Positions 18,829 through 29,036 of a stretch of 64,000 nucleotides of DNA are shown here, piece by piece. The notes beneath the pieces were generated by a model. That model did no database searches and had not been told where the DNA came from. It was given only the letters and a program-made list of their open reading frames with translations. The stretch covers positions 1,731 through 65,730 of the forward strand of contig JAYEJA010000049.1 in NCBI GenBank assembly GCA_034660395.1, written 5' to 3'. Within the stretch, counting starts at the first letter, position 1. Each line of letters opens with the position of its first letter. The DNA comes from Actinomycetota bacterium. GTDB taxonomy: Bacteria > Actinomycetota > Humimicrobiia > Humimicrobiales > Humimicrobiaceae. A program made the translations under genes and the position numbers.

Positions 18829-21800
18829 TAATATTCCTGTATAGGTTTAACCCTGGCTTTAAAGTTATTTTTCATTTCCTCTATCCCCTGTACCACAGCC
18901 GAAGCTCCTGACATGGTAGTAGTAGAAGGTACGTTATGAAGAACTGCAGCAGTTCTGAGATAATAGCCATCACTTCTTGCCACGCTGCCCTCCGGGGTAT
19001 TTATTATCAAATCAATTTCTCCATTTTTTATCATATCCAGTACATTCGGCCTGCCTTCCCTGATCTTTAAGACCCTATCACACTTTATACCTTTCTTTTC
19101 CAGTAAATTCCCCGTCCCCTCCGTTGTAATTATTTTAAAACCAAGCCCTGACAGCTTACTTGCTATGGTTATTATCGCATCCTTATCTTTATCATTAACA
19201 CTTATAAACACAGAGCCGGATGTGGGAAACATATGGTTTGTGGATATCTGCGTCTTTGCAAAAGCAACGCCGAAACTGCTATCTATTCCCATTACTTCTC
19301 CCGTTGATTTCATCTCGGGTCCCAGTATGGTATCAACGCCCGGGAATCTGTTAAAGGGCAAAATCGCTTCCTTTATACTGTAGTAATTGATCGATGTAGA
19401 ATCAACTTTCTTAAACTTTATATCCTTTAGTTTCTTACTTGTCATAACCAGAGACGCAATTTTTGCCAGGGGGACTCCGATTGATTTGCTGACAAAAGGA
19501 ACTGTACGGGAAGCTCTCGGGTTCGCCTCAAGCACATGTACCACCGAATCTTTTATTGCATACTGGATGTTCATAAGACCTCTTACTTCAAGTTTCTTTG
19601 CCATCCTGTATGTGTAGTCTTTTATTTTTTCTATAACTTCCCTGCTAAGAGTAAAAGGCGGTATTACGCATGCACTGTCACCTGAATGCACGCCGGCTTC
19701 CTCTATATGCTCCATAATTCCACCGATAAATAGCTCTTCTCCATCATAAATTGCGTCAACATCAACTTCAATTGCACGCTCCAGAAACTTATCTATAAGT
19801 ATCGGCTTATCGTAAGATACGACCGCTGCATTCTTAACATAATCAACCAGGCTTTCTTCATTGTATACTATATTCATTGCCCGGCCTCCCAGAACATATG
19901 ACGGCCTTACCAGTACCGGGTAACCTATTCTCTTTGCTATCTTCTTTGCCTTATCAACATCCATGGCTGTTCCGCTATCCGCCTGGGGTATATTTAACTT
20001 CTTCAGCATCAAGCCAAATCTTTTGCGGTCTTCAGCCAGGTCAATGCTGTCAGGAGATGTCCCCAGAATGTTTACACCCGCATCTTTCAATTTTAAAGCA
20101 AGCTTTAATGGGGTCTGCCCCCCAAACTGCACTATTACCCCGTAAGGTTTCTCTGCCTCCACTATATTCATTACATCCTCAAAAGTTATCGGTTCAAAAT
20201 ATAACCGGTCTGAAGTGTCATAATCCGTACTTACAGTTTCCGGGTTGCAGTTAATCATTATGGTCTCAAATCCTTCATCATGAAGAGCAAAAGAAGCATG
20301 AACGCAGCAGTAGTCAAATTCTATACCCTGCCCTATTCTATTCGGGCCTCCTCCAAGTATAATTATCCGTTTTTTATCCGAGGATACAGTTTCGTTCTCG
20401 TTTTCATAAGTGGAATAATAATATGGCGTATATGCTTCAAATTCACCGGCGCAGGTGTCAACTGTTTTAAAAGTAGCTGCGACCTTCATTTTTTTTCTTA
20501 AAGCTCTTACCTCTCCCTCGCTGCCTTTTAATAAATGGGCTATCTGTCTGTCTGAATAACCATGAACTTTAGCTTTATGAATTACATCTCCGGTAACATT
20601 TCCTAAATTATATTTTTTAAGGGATTTTTCAAATTCCACGAGCTGCTTTATATTATTTAAAAACCAGGGATCTATTTTTGTATACTTTGATACTTTTTCT
20701 ATGCTCATACCCTTTTCAAAAGCATACTTAATATAAAAAATCCTATCCTGATTCGGAACTGAAAGCTTTTTACCCATTAGCTTCTTGTTTAAATAATTCT
20801 CTCCATCAGAGCCAAGGCCATACCTGTCTATTTCTAAAGACCTTATCGACTTCTGCAAAGCTTCCTTAAAAGTCCTGCCGATTGCCAGGGTTTCTCCGAC
20901 AGACTTCATCCTCGTGGTAAGATTTGAGTCTGCTCCCGGAAACTTCTCAAAAGTCCATCTCGGAAATTTTACAACCACATAATCAATTGAAGGCTCAAAA
21001 CAGGCAGGTGTTTTTCTGGTTATATCATTTGGAATTTCATCAAGCGTATGTCCTACTGCCAGTTTCGTAGCAATTTTGGCAATAGGATAACCTGTTGCCT
21101 TTGAAGCAAGTGCGCTGCTCCTTGATACTCTTGGATTCAACTCGATTACTGCTACTTTGCCATTTTTGGGATTAACTGCAAATTGTATGTTTGATCCTCC
21201 CGCATTAATCCCGACCTCTCTCATTATCTTAATACTCGCATCTCTTATATTCTGGTATTCTTTGTAAGTCAGGGTCTGTGCAGGTGCAGCACAAATGCTG
21301 TCACCGGTATGAACACCCATCGGGTCAAAATTTTCTATTGAGCATATTACAATTACATTGTCATTTTTATCTCTCATCATCTCCAGCTCAATTTCTTTCC
21401 ATCCAGCAACTGACTTTTCTATCAGTACTTCAGATTTTGGAGAAATATCAAACCCACTTGTCACGATATCGACAAATTCTTCTTTATTAAATGCAACTCC
21501 TCCTCCAAGTCCGCCAAGTGTAAAACTGGGTCTAACCACCAGGGGGAATTTTAATTTCCTGCTAAAGTTCAAAGCTTCCTTCAAACTGTGTGCATAACTG
21601 CTTGGTGGAACATAAAGTCCTATCCTGTCCATGGATTCCTTGAACTGTTCCCTATCTTCGGCCCTGTTTATAACATCTATATCAACTCCAATAAGTTCTA
21701 CCCCGTATTTTTCTAGAACGCCCATATTTGACAGGGCTGCAGCCATATTTAATCCGGTCTGTCCTCCAAGTGCGGGAAGCAGCGCGTCCGGTCTCTCCCT

Positions 21801-22037
21801 CTTTATTATTTTCTCTACGAATTCGGGAGTTAGAGGTTCAATATAAGTTTTATCCGCAAATTCCGGATCAGTCATAATAGTTGCAGGGTTACTGTTTACA
21901 AGTACAACCTGATAACCTTCCTCCTTTAAAACCTTGCATGCCTGTGTTCCTGAATAATCAAATTCACACGCCTGCCCTATAACTATCGGGCCCGAACCTA
22001 TCAGTAAAATCTTTTTTAAATCTTTTCTTCTTGGCAT
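18828..22037 (-). CDS. carB: carbamoyl-phosphate synthase large subunit
   Basis: 1069 aa, duplicated ATP-grasp domains, MGS-like C-terminus. Confidence 0.95.
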   Translation of the reverse strand: MPRRKDLKKILLIGSGPIVIGQACEFDYSGTQACKVLKEEGYQVVLVNSNPATIMTDPEFADKTYIEPLTPEFVEKIIKRERPDALLPALGGQTGLNMAAALSNMGVLEKYGVELIGVDIDVINRAEDREQFKESMDRIGLYVPPSSYAHSLKEALNFSRKLKFPLVVRPSFTLGGLGGGVAFNKEEFVDIVTSGFDISPKSEVLIEKSVAGWKEIELEMMRDKNDNVIVICSIENFDPMGVHTGDSICAAPAQTLTYKEYQNIRDASIKIMREVGINAGGSNIQFAVNPKNGKVAVIELNPRVSRSSALASKATGYPIAKIATKLAVGHTLDEIPNDITRKTPACFEPSIDYVVVKFPRWTFEKFPGADSNLTTRMKSVGETLAIGRTFKEALQKSIRSLEIDRYGLGSDGENYLNKKLMGKKLSVPNQDRIFYIKYAFEKGMSIEKVSKYTKIDPWFLNNIKQLVEFEKSLKKYNLGNVTGDVIHKAKVHGYSDRQIAHLLKGSEGEVRALRKKMKVAATFKTVDTCAGEFEAYTPYYYSTYENENETVSSDKKRIIILGGGPNRIGQGIEFDYCCVHASFALHDEGFETIMINCNPETVSTDYDTSDRLYFEPITFEDVMNIVEAEKPYGVIVQFGGQTPLKLALKLKDAGVNILGTSPDSIDLAEDRKRFGLMLKKLNIPQADSGTAMDVDKAKKIAKRIGYPVLVRPSYVLGGRAMNIVYNEESLVDYVKNAAVVSYDKPILIDKFLERAIEVDVDAIYDGEELFIGGIMEHIEEAGVHSGDSACVIPPFTLSREVIEKIKDYTYRMAKKLEVRGLMNIQYAIKDSVVHVLEANPRASRTVPFVSKSIGVPLAKIASLVMTSKKLKDIKFKKVDSTSINYYSIKEAILPFNRFPGVDTILGPEMKSTGEVMGIDSSFGVAFAKTQISTNHMFPTSGSVFISVNDKDKDAIITIASKLSGLGFKIITTEGTGNLLEKKGIKCDRVLKIREGRPNVLDMIKNGEIDLIINTPEGSVARSDGYYLRTAAVLHNVPSTTTMSGASAVVQGIEEMKNNFKARVKPIQEY

Positions 22038-22049
22038 AAACCTTTCTTT

Positions 22050-23156
22050 CTAATCATTTTTTTTAAAATCTTCAATCAGCCTGATAAATTTGTTAAAAAC
22101 ATATCCTGAATCATGCGGCCCCGGTTTACCCTCCGGGTGAAATTGTATCGTATAAGCATCTATATCCTTATACTGCAAACCTTCAATAGTATTATCATTT
22201 AGATTAACATGTGTTATTTCATAACCGGTGTCCTTAATTCCCTCCAGCGATTCCCTGCTGACGGCAAAACCATGATTCTGGGACGTTATTTCTACTTTAC
22301 CTGTTTCCAGATTTTCAACAGGGTGATTTCCGCCATGATGGCCAAATTTTAATTTATAACTCTTTGCACCAAGTGCAGCTGCCAGAAGCTGATGACCCAT
22401 GCAAATCCCAAAAACCGGCCTCCTGCCGATTAACTCTTTTATTGTTTCAGCTGCATATTCAATTGCAGAAGGATCCCCCGGCCCATTGGAAAGCAGTATT
22501 CCGTCAGGGTTATATTTCATTATCTCCCCGGCTCCTGAAGAAGCCGGCACCACAATTAATTTAAATCCTTCCCAGTCCAGGCATTTTAATATTCCTCTTT
22601 TAATTCCAAAATCCACAACCACGACCACGCTTTTGTAATCACCTCTATCAGGATTATAAATATAGGGGGCATCGCATGTAACATCCTTTACCAGATCTCT
22701 ATTAATTATCGAGGGGTATCTATCCAGCCTCTTTTTTAATTCTGACTTATTATCAGTTTCGGTAGAAATTATTCCCTTCATGGAACCCTTTTGTCTTACA
22801 TGCCTGGTCAATTGCCTGGTATCTATTCCTTCCATTCCTACAATATTACTCTCTTTCAGATAATCCTGAAGACTCCCTTCTGCTCTCCAGTTACAGTAAT
22901 AATCAACATACTCTTTTACAATCAATCCGCTTGCCTGTATCCTGTCAGACTCAACATCCACGCTATTGACGCCATAATTTCCTATCTCGGGATAGGTCAT
23001 AACCACTATCTGTTCATAATATGAAGGATCGGTAAGAATCTCCTGGTAGCCAATCATGGAAGTGTTAAAGACTACTTCACCAATCGTCTCTCCTCCAGAA
23101 CCTATATTTATCCCTTCAAACATTGTTCCGTCTTCTAATAATAAATTCGCTTTCAA
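22050..23156 (-). CDS. carA: carbamoyl-phosphate synthase small subunit (glutamine amidotransferase)
   Basis: GICMGHQLL catalytic Cys motif and CPSase small-subunit N-domain. Confidence 0.95.
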   Translation of the reverse strand: MKANLLLEDGTMFEGINIGSGGETIGEVVFNTSMIGYQEILTDPSYYEQIVVMTYPEIGNYGVNSVDVESDRIQASGLIVKEYVDYYCNWRAEGSLQDYLKESNIVGMEGIDTRQLTRHVRQKGSMKGIISTETDNKSELKKRLDRYPSIINRDLVKDVTCDAPYIYNPDRGDYKSVVVVVDFGIKRGILKCLDWEGFKLIVVPASSGAGEIMKYNPDGILLSNGPGDPSAIEYAAETIKELIGRRPVFGICMGHQLLAAALGAKSYKLKFGHHGGNHPVENLETGKVEITSQNHGFAVSRESLEGIKDTGYEITHVNLNDNTIEGLQYKDIDAYTIQFHPEGKPGPHDSGYVFNKFIRLIEDFKKND

Positions 23157-23160
23157 TATT

Positions 23161-24477
23161 TTAACCCTTCTCCTTTTTATTATTTATTGTATAAGCAAGA
23201 CTGCCTCTGCTGATTGTGCAGATTATCCTACCTTTTAGTTTCTGCCCCAGAAATGCGCTGTTTTTACTTTTTGAAACTATGTTTCCCTTCTTTATTTCTT
23301 CTTCTGCCTCCGTATCTATAACTGTAAGGTTTGCCAACCTTCCCGCTTCTATTTTCCCTTCATCAACACCGATAATTTTTGAGGGAGCAGCAGATATAAG
23401 GTTTATAAGCTTTCCCAGTTCCATCTTCTCTTCAACACACAAACTGGTAAAAGCAGCGCTAAACAGTGTTTCAAGCCCTATAGTCCCAAAACTTGCAAGC
23501 TTGAAAGTCGTGTTCTTTTCCGTATCCAGATGAGGAGCATGATCGCTTACTATGGCATCGATTACCCCGCTTTTTATGCCTGCAACCAGCGCCTGCCTGT
23601 CTTCTTCGCTCCTTATGGGCGGTTTTACCTTAAAATTGGTATTAAATGATGTAAGACAACTGTCATTAAAGAAAAGGTGATGCGGTGTTACATCGCAGGT
23701 TACTTTTACTCCCTCTTCTTTAGCTTTTTTTATCATTTCTACACCACCCCTGGTACTCAGATGAGTTATATGAATCCTTGCACCGCTCCTTTTCGCAAGA
23801 CTTATATCCCTCTCTATCATTAAGTCATCACTCAGTCTGGATATACCTTTAAGTCCCAGAATATTTGAATAATCACCTTCATGAACAAGACCTCCGCCGG
23901 ATATATAATCATCTTCCTCATGCAGGATTAAAGGTAAATCAAATTGTGTTGAATAACGCATGATTTCATACATTAGCCTGCTGTCACTTACGCACATGCC
24001 GTCATCAGAAAAACCGACCGCCCCCGCGTCAGCCAGAAGACCCATCTCCGTAATGCTCTTTCCCTCAAGTCCTTTTGTCATTGCAGCCACCGACAGAACC
24101 CTGCATGCCGAACTATTTCCCTTTTTTAAAATATATTTCACCAGAGACTGCGTATCTACAACCGGCCTGGTATTAGCCATACATACGACTGTTGTAAACC
24201 CGCCTTTGACAGCGGCAAGTGCTCCCGTTTCTATGGTCTCTTCATCTTCAAAACCGGGTTCCCGCAGGTGCACATGCATATCTAAAAACCCCGGCGATAC
24301 TTTGCATCCTTCTGCATTAATTTCATAAATATTATTATCTTTAACTTTGATTTCTTCTTTTATTTCGGATATAATCCCGTCTTTTATTAATATATCGGAA
24401 ACAAATTCCCTGTTATGCCAGGGGTCTATTATACTTCCTGATTTTATAAGCAAATTTTTTTTCTTACTTTCCTTCAT
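23161..24477 (-). CDS. pyrC: dihydroorotase
   Basis: DMHVHLREPG metal-binding motif and amidohydrolase fold. Confidence 0.9.
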   Translation of the reverse strand: MKESKKKNLLIKSGSIIDPWHNREFVSDILIKDGIISEIKEEIKVKDNNIYEINAEGCKVSPGFLDMHVHLREPGFEDEETIETGALAAVKGGFTTVVCMANTRPVVDTQSLVKYILKKGNSSACRVLSVAAMTKGLEGKSITEMGLLADAGAVGFSDDGMCVSDSRLMYEIMRYSTQFDLPLILHEEDDYISGGGLVHEGDYSNILGLKGISRLSDDLMIERDISLAKRSGARIHITHLSTRGGVEMIKKAKEEGVKVTCDVTPHHLFFNDSCLTSFNTNFKVKPPIRSEEDRQALVAGIKSGVIDAIVSDHAPHLDTEKNTTFKLASFGTIGLETLFSAAFTSLCVEEKMELGKLINLISAAPSKIIGVDEGKIEAGRLANLTVIDTEAEEEIKKGNIVSKSKNSAFLGQKLKGRIICTISRGSLAYTINNKKEKG

Positions 24478-24502
24478 AACCTTCCAATCATTGCCTCTAA
24501 AA

Positions 24503-25426
24503 TTACTGTCCCAATATCAAATAAATTAGCGCCATCCTTATAGCCACCCCGTAAGTTACCTGACGCTCGATTACAATTTTTTCCCTTAGCTTCCCCCGGG
24601 TCTCCATAACTTCATCGGTAATTTCTATTCCCCTGTTTACCGGTCCGGGGTGCATAACGATAGAACCTGGTTTCATTCTGCCGAGACGTTCCATATTCAG
24701 ACTTAAAAACCGGTTATACTCCATTATAGATGGATAAAACTTTCTATCCTGTCTTTCAAACTGCATTCTGAGAATATATATAATATCGGACTCCTCTATG
24801 ACATCATCTATACAATGTCTTACATCCATTTTTGAGAAATCTTCAGGAAGGAGAATCGTTGGCGAAACTATCGTTATATCCATTCCCATTTTTTTAAACA
24901 GGTTTATATTAGACCCTGCCACTCTGCTATTTATAAAATCCCCAACAATTGCTACTTTAAGCCCTTTAAACTTTCCAAACACCTTATTTATGGTATACAG
25001 GTCAAGCAATGCCTGCGTAGGATGCTGGTTCTTACCGTCACCGGCATTTATTACCGGTACTTCCACAAAACTATCGGCTATTTTAACTGCCCCGCTATCG
25101 CTGTGTCTCATAATAACCATATCTACATTCATTGAGAGTATTGTTTTTAAGGTATCAACTATAGACTCACCCTTAACAACACTACTTGTGGATGAAGAAA
25201 AATTAATTATATCTGCGCTGAGTCTCTTGGCTGCAATCTCAAAAGAGGTCTTTGTCCTGGTACTCGGTTCAAAAAATAAATTAGCAATTGTCTTACCCCT
25301 CAGAACCGGTACCTTCTTTACATCCCTTCCCGATATTTCAAGAAAAGAATCCGCATTTGCAAGTACCAGGCCTATATCTTCCTTTTCAAGGCTTTCAATA
25401 CCGATTATACTTTTTTTACTCAGCAT
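24503..25426 (-). CDS. pyrB: aspartate carbamoyltransferase catalytic subunit
   Basis: STRTKTSFE and HPGP motifs. Confidence 0.9.
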   Translation of the reverse strand: MLSKKSIIGIESLEKEDIGLVLANADSFLEISGRDVKKVPVLRGKTIANLFFEPSTRTKTSFEIAAKRLSADIINFSSSTSSVVKGESIVDTLKTILSMNVDMVIMRHSDSGAVKIADSFVEVPVINAGDGKNQHPTQALLDLYTINKVFGKFKGLKVAIVGDFINSRVAGSNINLFKKMGMDITIVSPTILLPEDFSKMDVRHCIDDVIEESDIIYILRMQFERQDRKFYPSIMEYNRFLSLNMERLGRMKPGSIVMHPGPVNRGIEITDEVMETRGKLREKIVIERQVTYGVAIRMALIYLILGQ

Positions 25427-25974
25427 TACTCCTCTTTCTTAACAACTGTTACACTATCCTCCACACCGTCAGTTTCTCTTAATTTAACCTCTACTGACTC
25501 GCTGCGTGAAGTTGGCAGGTTTTTTCCTACATAGTCCGCTCTTATCGGAAGTTCCCTGTGCCCCCTGTCAATTAAAACAATCAGCTGAATTGACTTTGGT
25601 CTTCCAAAATCAATCAGCGCATCCATTGCGGCTCTTATAGTCCTGCCGGTATAAAGAACATCATCAACAAGTATTATATTTTTACCTTCTATATCAAATG
25701 AAATATCAGTTATCTGGGATACGGGTTTTATATTATGCCCGATATCATCACGGTAAAACGTTATATCAAGCTTTCCGGTTTTGATTTTTATCCCCTCGAA
25801 CTTCTCAATATTTCCTGCTATTCTTCCGGACAGCGGAACTCCCCTTTTTTGAAGCCCTATAAATATCAGGTTCTCCGGTCCCCTATTTTTCTCAAGTATC
25901 TCATGCGAGATTCTTGAGACAATCCTCTCTATATCATTTTTACCCAGTATATGTGCTTTTTCCTCCATAATCAT
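25426..25974 (-). CDS. pyrR: bifunctional pyr operon transcriptional attenuation regulator / uracil phosphoribosyltransferase PyrR
   Basis: PRTase motif ILVDDVLYTGRTIRAAMDAL and 182-aa length. It is the first gene of the operon. Confidence 0.9.
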   Translation of the reverse strand: MIMEEKAHILGKNDIERIVSRISHEILEKNRGPENLIFIGLQKRGVPLSGRIAGNIEKFEGIKIKTGKLDITFYRDDIGHNIKPVSQITDISFDIEGKNIILVDDVLYTGRTIRAAMDALIDFGRPKSIQLIVLIDRGHRELPIRADYVGKNLPTSRSESVEVKLRETDGVEDSVTVVKKEE

Positions 25975-25992
25975 TCCTTATATCGCCATATG

Positions 25993-26023
25993 AAAAAACC
26001 TCCCTACCATACAGGTAAGAAGG
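25993..26023 (-). terminator. pyr leader attenuator terminator (10-bp stem with G-U pairs, then a U6 tract)
   Basis: Minus-strand RNA CCUUCUUACC-UGUAU-GGUAGGGAGG followed by UUUUUU, immediately 5' of the pyrR RBS and ATG. Confidence 0.5.
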
Positions 26024-26077
26024 TTAATATATATTTCCTTTTTGAAATATGTAAATATTATTTTAACCATCCTTTTT

Positions 26078-26091
26078 AGTCTCTCCGGACT
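26078..26091 (-). promoter_or_regulatory. PyrR-binding loop (anti-antiterminator) in the pyr leader RNA
   Basis: Minus-strand RNA AGUCCGGAGAGACU matches the PyrR box consensus ARUCCNGNGAGGYU at 13 of 14 positions, about 55 nt upstream of the terminator hairpin. Confidence 0.5.
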
Positions 26092-26180
26092 ATTTTAAAG
26101 GTTTTATTATATTTTTATTTTATTTCCACAAGATACTATAGGAGATTGCAGTTAAAAAAACAAGTATAAATTTAAAAAAA

Positions 26181-26537
26181 TTACCTGATGCTTCTTCTTA
26201 ACTGTTTTAACTTGTAGTTCAGGTCACCTTTTCCGTCTTTACGTAACCTGCCCCCTCTGTATCCGCCTTCACGGGGCTTGAAGTTTCCCTTATTCTGGGT
26301 TCTGGCCTCATTGACTACTATGGTTCTTCCCGTAAACTCGGATTTATCAAATTTTTCTATAGCCGCTTTTGCCTGTTCTTCGCTTTCCATTTCTACAAAT
26401 CCGAATCCTCTTGATTTTCCATCCATTCTCGTTATTACCTTTGAATACGTAACAGTGCCTTCTTTAGAAAACAATTCCTCTAATTCCTTATCAGTAGTAT
26501 TATAGTCCAGATTTCCAACATACATTCTTTTGTTCAC
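26181..26537 (-). CDS. RRM-type RNA-binding protein with Gly/Arg-rich tail
   Basis: RNP-2 MYVGNL and RNP-1 KSRGFGFVEM motifs; RGG-rich C-terminus. Confidence 0.85.
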   Translation of the reverse strand: MNKRMYVGNLDYNTTDKELEELFSKEGTVTYSKVITRMDGKSRGFGFVEMESEEQAKAAIEKFDKSEFTGRTIVVNEARTQNKGNFKPREGGYRGGRLRKDGKGDLNYKLKQLRRSIR

Positions 26538-26943
26538 TTAAAATACCTTTCCTTAAATTACCTTTTTTATATATAAAAGAGGAGCAGAAATTATATTGAT
26601 TAAAAACATTGAATAAATGAAATAAGAAGAATTCGCCAAAAAGTAAGCTTCTATTTTATATAATTACTTCTAAATAAAAAATTCCCGCCACTCTATTTTA
26701 AAATTTACAACTTCCTAAGAAGTGCCATAATATTATATAACATATTTTTAATTTATCCAAAGAATATTTTTTTTACTTTCAAAGCATGCATTTTAAGCAT
26801 CTGTAAAATAAAATGCAACTATTACGCCGTTCATACATTTATCATAAAACTTTTATTTATATTTTATAAAACTCTCAAATAACAAGCTGCAACAGCATAG
26901 ATAATTACCTGCCCACATGCTAATGCCGCTCCCCATAAAAACT

Positions 26944-28212
26944 TTACGGCTCTATAACTCTTCCCATAAATAAAATACTTCCACTTCTATCATCAGCAAT
27001 TATAAAAAAGAACGGTCTGTCCACTGTAAATTCAATTATCCCCCCATCAGGAACAGCAGATTCAACCATTTCAACCACGGTTGCGGCAGCTGCTTCACTC
27101 CCTTTCTCATTAACCTCGATAAATGCCTTATGAAGTACCCTTGATATCCAGATATGAGCTGATTCATTCGAAATAATACCGCTAAAATCCGCCCTATCAG
27201 GGTCAAAGGCGATACCCATTCCCAGCTCGGTAAGTGTATCGTTTAAAAGCTTTATACCATATTCTATTTTATATCTCGGCATTTTCAGTGAAACCTCACT
27301 GCTGCGTAACGAACTTTTCAAACTGTTCCACTTTTCTTCATCCATGGATTCAACAACTCCATCAACATCCACGCCCTTATCAGGAAGGATTGTATACATG
27401 GACATCTTTTCCTCTCCATAAGGAAGCCTTAGAGCTGAAAAATTATCTCCTTTATAGTAGTCGAATTTTTCCTTAAGGGACATCATGGGAACCTTTTTCG
27501 CAGTTCCGCCATCAAGATAAAAGTCATCATCAACAGTCTGTTCTTCATCAAAGGGATAGGTCCATCTACCTTTAAAATAAATGGCATTTATAAGATACAT
27601 TACCGCACCCTCAGGGATTGCTGAAATCATCCTATCAATTTTCCCCCTTGTTTCCTCTTCTATCCAGCCGTTAATTGTATCAACTGCCCTCGCTCCGGAA
27701 AAATCAATTTCATTGATTTCGGAATCATAATATTTTTCATTTCTTTCAATGAAATCCTTTTTGATATCATAACCCATTCCGTACCATATGGAATTGGCAA
27801 TGGCCCTATCAATTTCACTGTCCGCATTTTTAACAGCTGCCATCAAATCACTAAACCCCGAATTAAGTTCCTCAAGGTCAAATCCCTCAAATTCCAAGGC
27901 ATCAGCCATTTCCAGACTGGTGTCGCCAAGCGCGCCGTTATAGGTCATTGCAAGGGCCAAAAGTACGGATAAGGGAGAAATGAATACATTTTTCTCGCTG
28001 TCTTCATTAATTAGTTTCTTAAAGATGTTAAAACCAAAATTAGTATTTGCATCTACCAGGTTTTTATCTACCGAAGCTGCCAGGTCATCTGATTGAGCAT
28101 CGGTAACTTCTTCCTTCACATCGTTAACAAATGAACAACCGGCAAGAAAAGCAGCATTTAATAATAATATAGCAGCAGTCAGTAACGATAAAAATAACCT
28201 GTTTTTATTCAT
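26944..28212 (-). CDS. serpin (serine protease inhibitor), predicted lipoprotein
   Basis: Signal peptide with lipobox LAGC. Serpin hallmarks include the C-terminal FTVDRPFFFIIADDRSGSILFMGRVIEP and a reactive-centre-loop region GSEAAAATVV upstream. Confidence 0.85.
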   Translation of the reverse strand: MNKNRLFLSLLTAAILLLNAAFLAGCSFVNDVKEEVTDAQSDDLAASVDKNLVDANTNFGFNIFKKLINEDSEKNVFISPLSVLLALAMTYNGALGDTSLEMADALEFEGFDLEELNSGFSDLMAAVKNADSEIDRAIANSIWYGMGYDIKKDFIERNEKYYDSEINEIDFSGARAVDTINGWIEEETRGKIDRMISAIPEGAVMYLINAIYFKGRWTYPFDEEQTVDDDFYLDGGTAKKVPMMSLKEKFDYYKGDNFSALRLPYGEEKMSMYTILPDKGVDVDGVVESMDEEKWNSLKSSLRSSEVSLKMPRYKIEYGIKLLNDTLTELGMGIAFDPDRADFSGIISNESAHIWISRVLHKAFIEVNEKGSEAAAATVVEMVESAVPDGGIIEFTVDRPFFFIIADDRSGSILFMGRVIEP

Positions 28213-28328
28213 ATGTCCTCCTTTAAGAATTTTTAACCTTTATATATATACGCAGGATAGTATTAAGTAATTAAGGTTGAAAAATATGAATACACTGAAA
28301 AATATACTTTTCGGCTATTGCTCCTTAC

Positions 28329-29030
28329 TCAGTATGCATTACCGTTTATCTGAACTTTTAGCTTCACTTCTTCTGCATTCAAAAACAACGGGCTTTCTAC
28401 AGTCTGGCCGGGCTCAAGTTCTTCAATTGAAACTGTTTCTGACTTTGATTCACTATTATCTGAAAGATATAAAACTATTGTTAAAGTGCCGTTAAACTTT
28501 GATGCGCTGCTTATATTCTTTAATTTTACCCTTAAGCTGACATCATTAATAATTTTATAGGATAAACCCAGAGTATCATCAATATCTTCTTCGGATTCCT
28601 TTTGCTCATCAATATAGTATGTTTCCTCGAAAATAATAGACCTCTTTTCTACAGTTTCCTCATAATCCTTATCGGAAACTATAATTTCTCTTTCCGCATC
28701 TGCATCAGCGTCAGCGTCAGCTTCCGCTGCATCTTCCGCAGCATAATCTCCAACTGATGCAGCCGCTCTTCTTGAAGCATTATAGTGCTTCATATACCAG
28801 AAACTGAAGAAAGATACAGTAGCCAGTATGATTAATATGGAAGCTGCAAGAGACAGGGTTTTAACCCTGCTTATGTCCATTCTTTTTGTTTGAAACACAT
28901 ATTCTTCATTGACTATAATCTCGTCACCGATTTCAAATACCCCTGGCGGAATTTCCTGTTTTAAAAAACGGCCATCCCCGGTCAGGACTATACAGTAACC
29001 TTTTTTTATTTCCATTATTACAGCTTTCAT
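28329..29030 (-). CDS. rsgI: anti-sigma-I factor RsgI-like protein (RsgI_N cytoplasmic domain, one TM helix, acidic linker, small extracytoplasmic domain)
   Basis: N-terminus MKAVIMEIKKGYCIVLTGDGRFLKQEI..GDEI matches the RsgI_N family. TM segment LSLAASILIILATVSFFSFWY. It starts 7 nt after sigI. Confidence 0.7.
   Translation of the reverse strand: MKAVIMEIKKGYCIVLTGDGRFLKQEIPPGVFEIGDEIIVNEEYVFQTKRMDISRVKTLSLAASILIILATVSFFSFWYMKHYNASRRAAASVGDYAAEDAAEADADADADAEREIIVSDKDYEETVEKRSIIFEETYYIDEQKESEEDIDDTLGLSYKIINDVSLRVKLKNISSASKFNGTLTIVLYLSDNSESKSETVSIEELEPGQTVESPLFLNAEEVKLKVQINGNAY
28690..28745. repeat. degenerate hexanucleotide (GCNTCN)n simple repeat inside rsgI
   Basis: About eight 6-nt units, including an exact GCGTCAGCGTCA dimer, encode the (A-D/E)n acidic linker AEDAAEADADADADAE after the RsgI TM helix. 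Confidence 0.7.
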
Positions 29031-29036
29031 CTCTCA

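Noticed and set aside
28213-28328. Search for a sigma-I type promoter (CCCCC...CGAA) upstream of the serpin and of sigI
   Set aside because: Only weak AACC...CGTA with about 22-nt spacing was found. That is not convincing, so the serpin link to sigma-I is kept as inference only.
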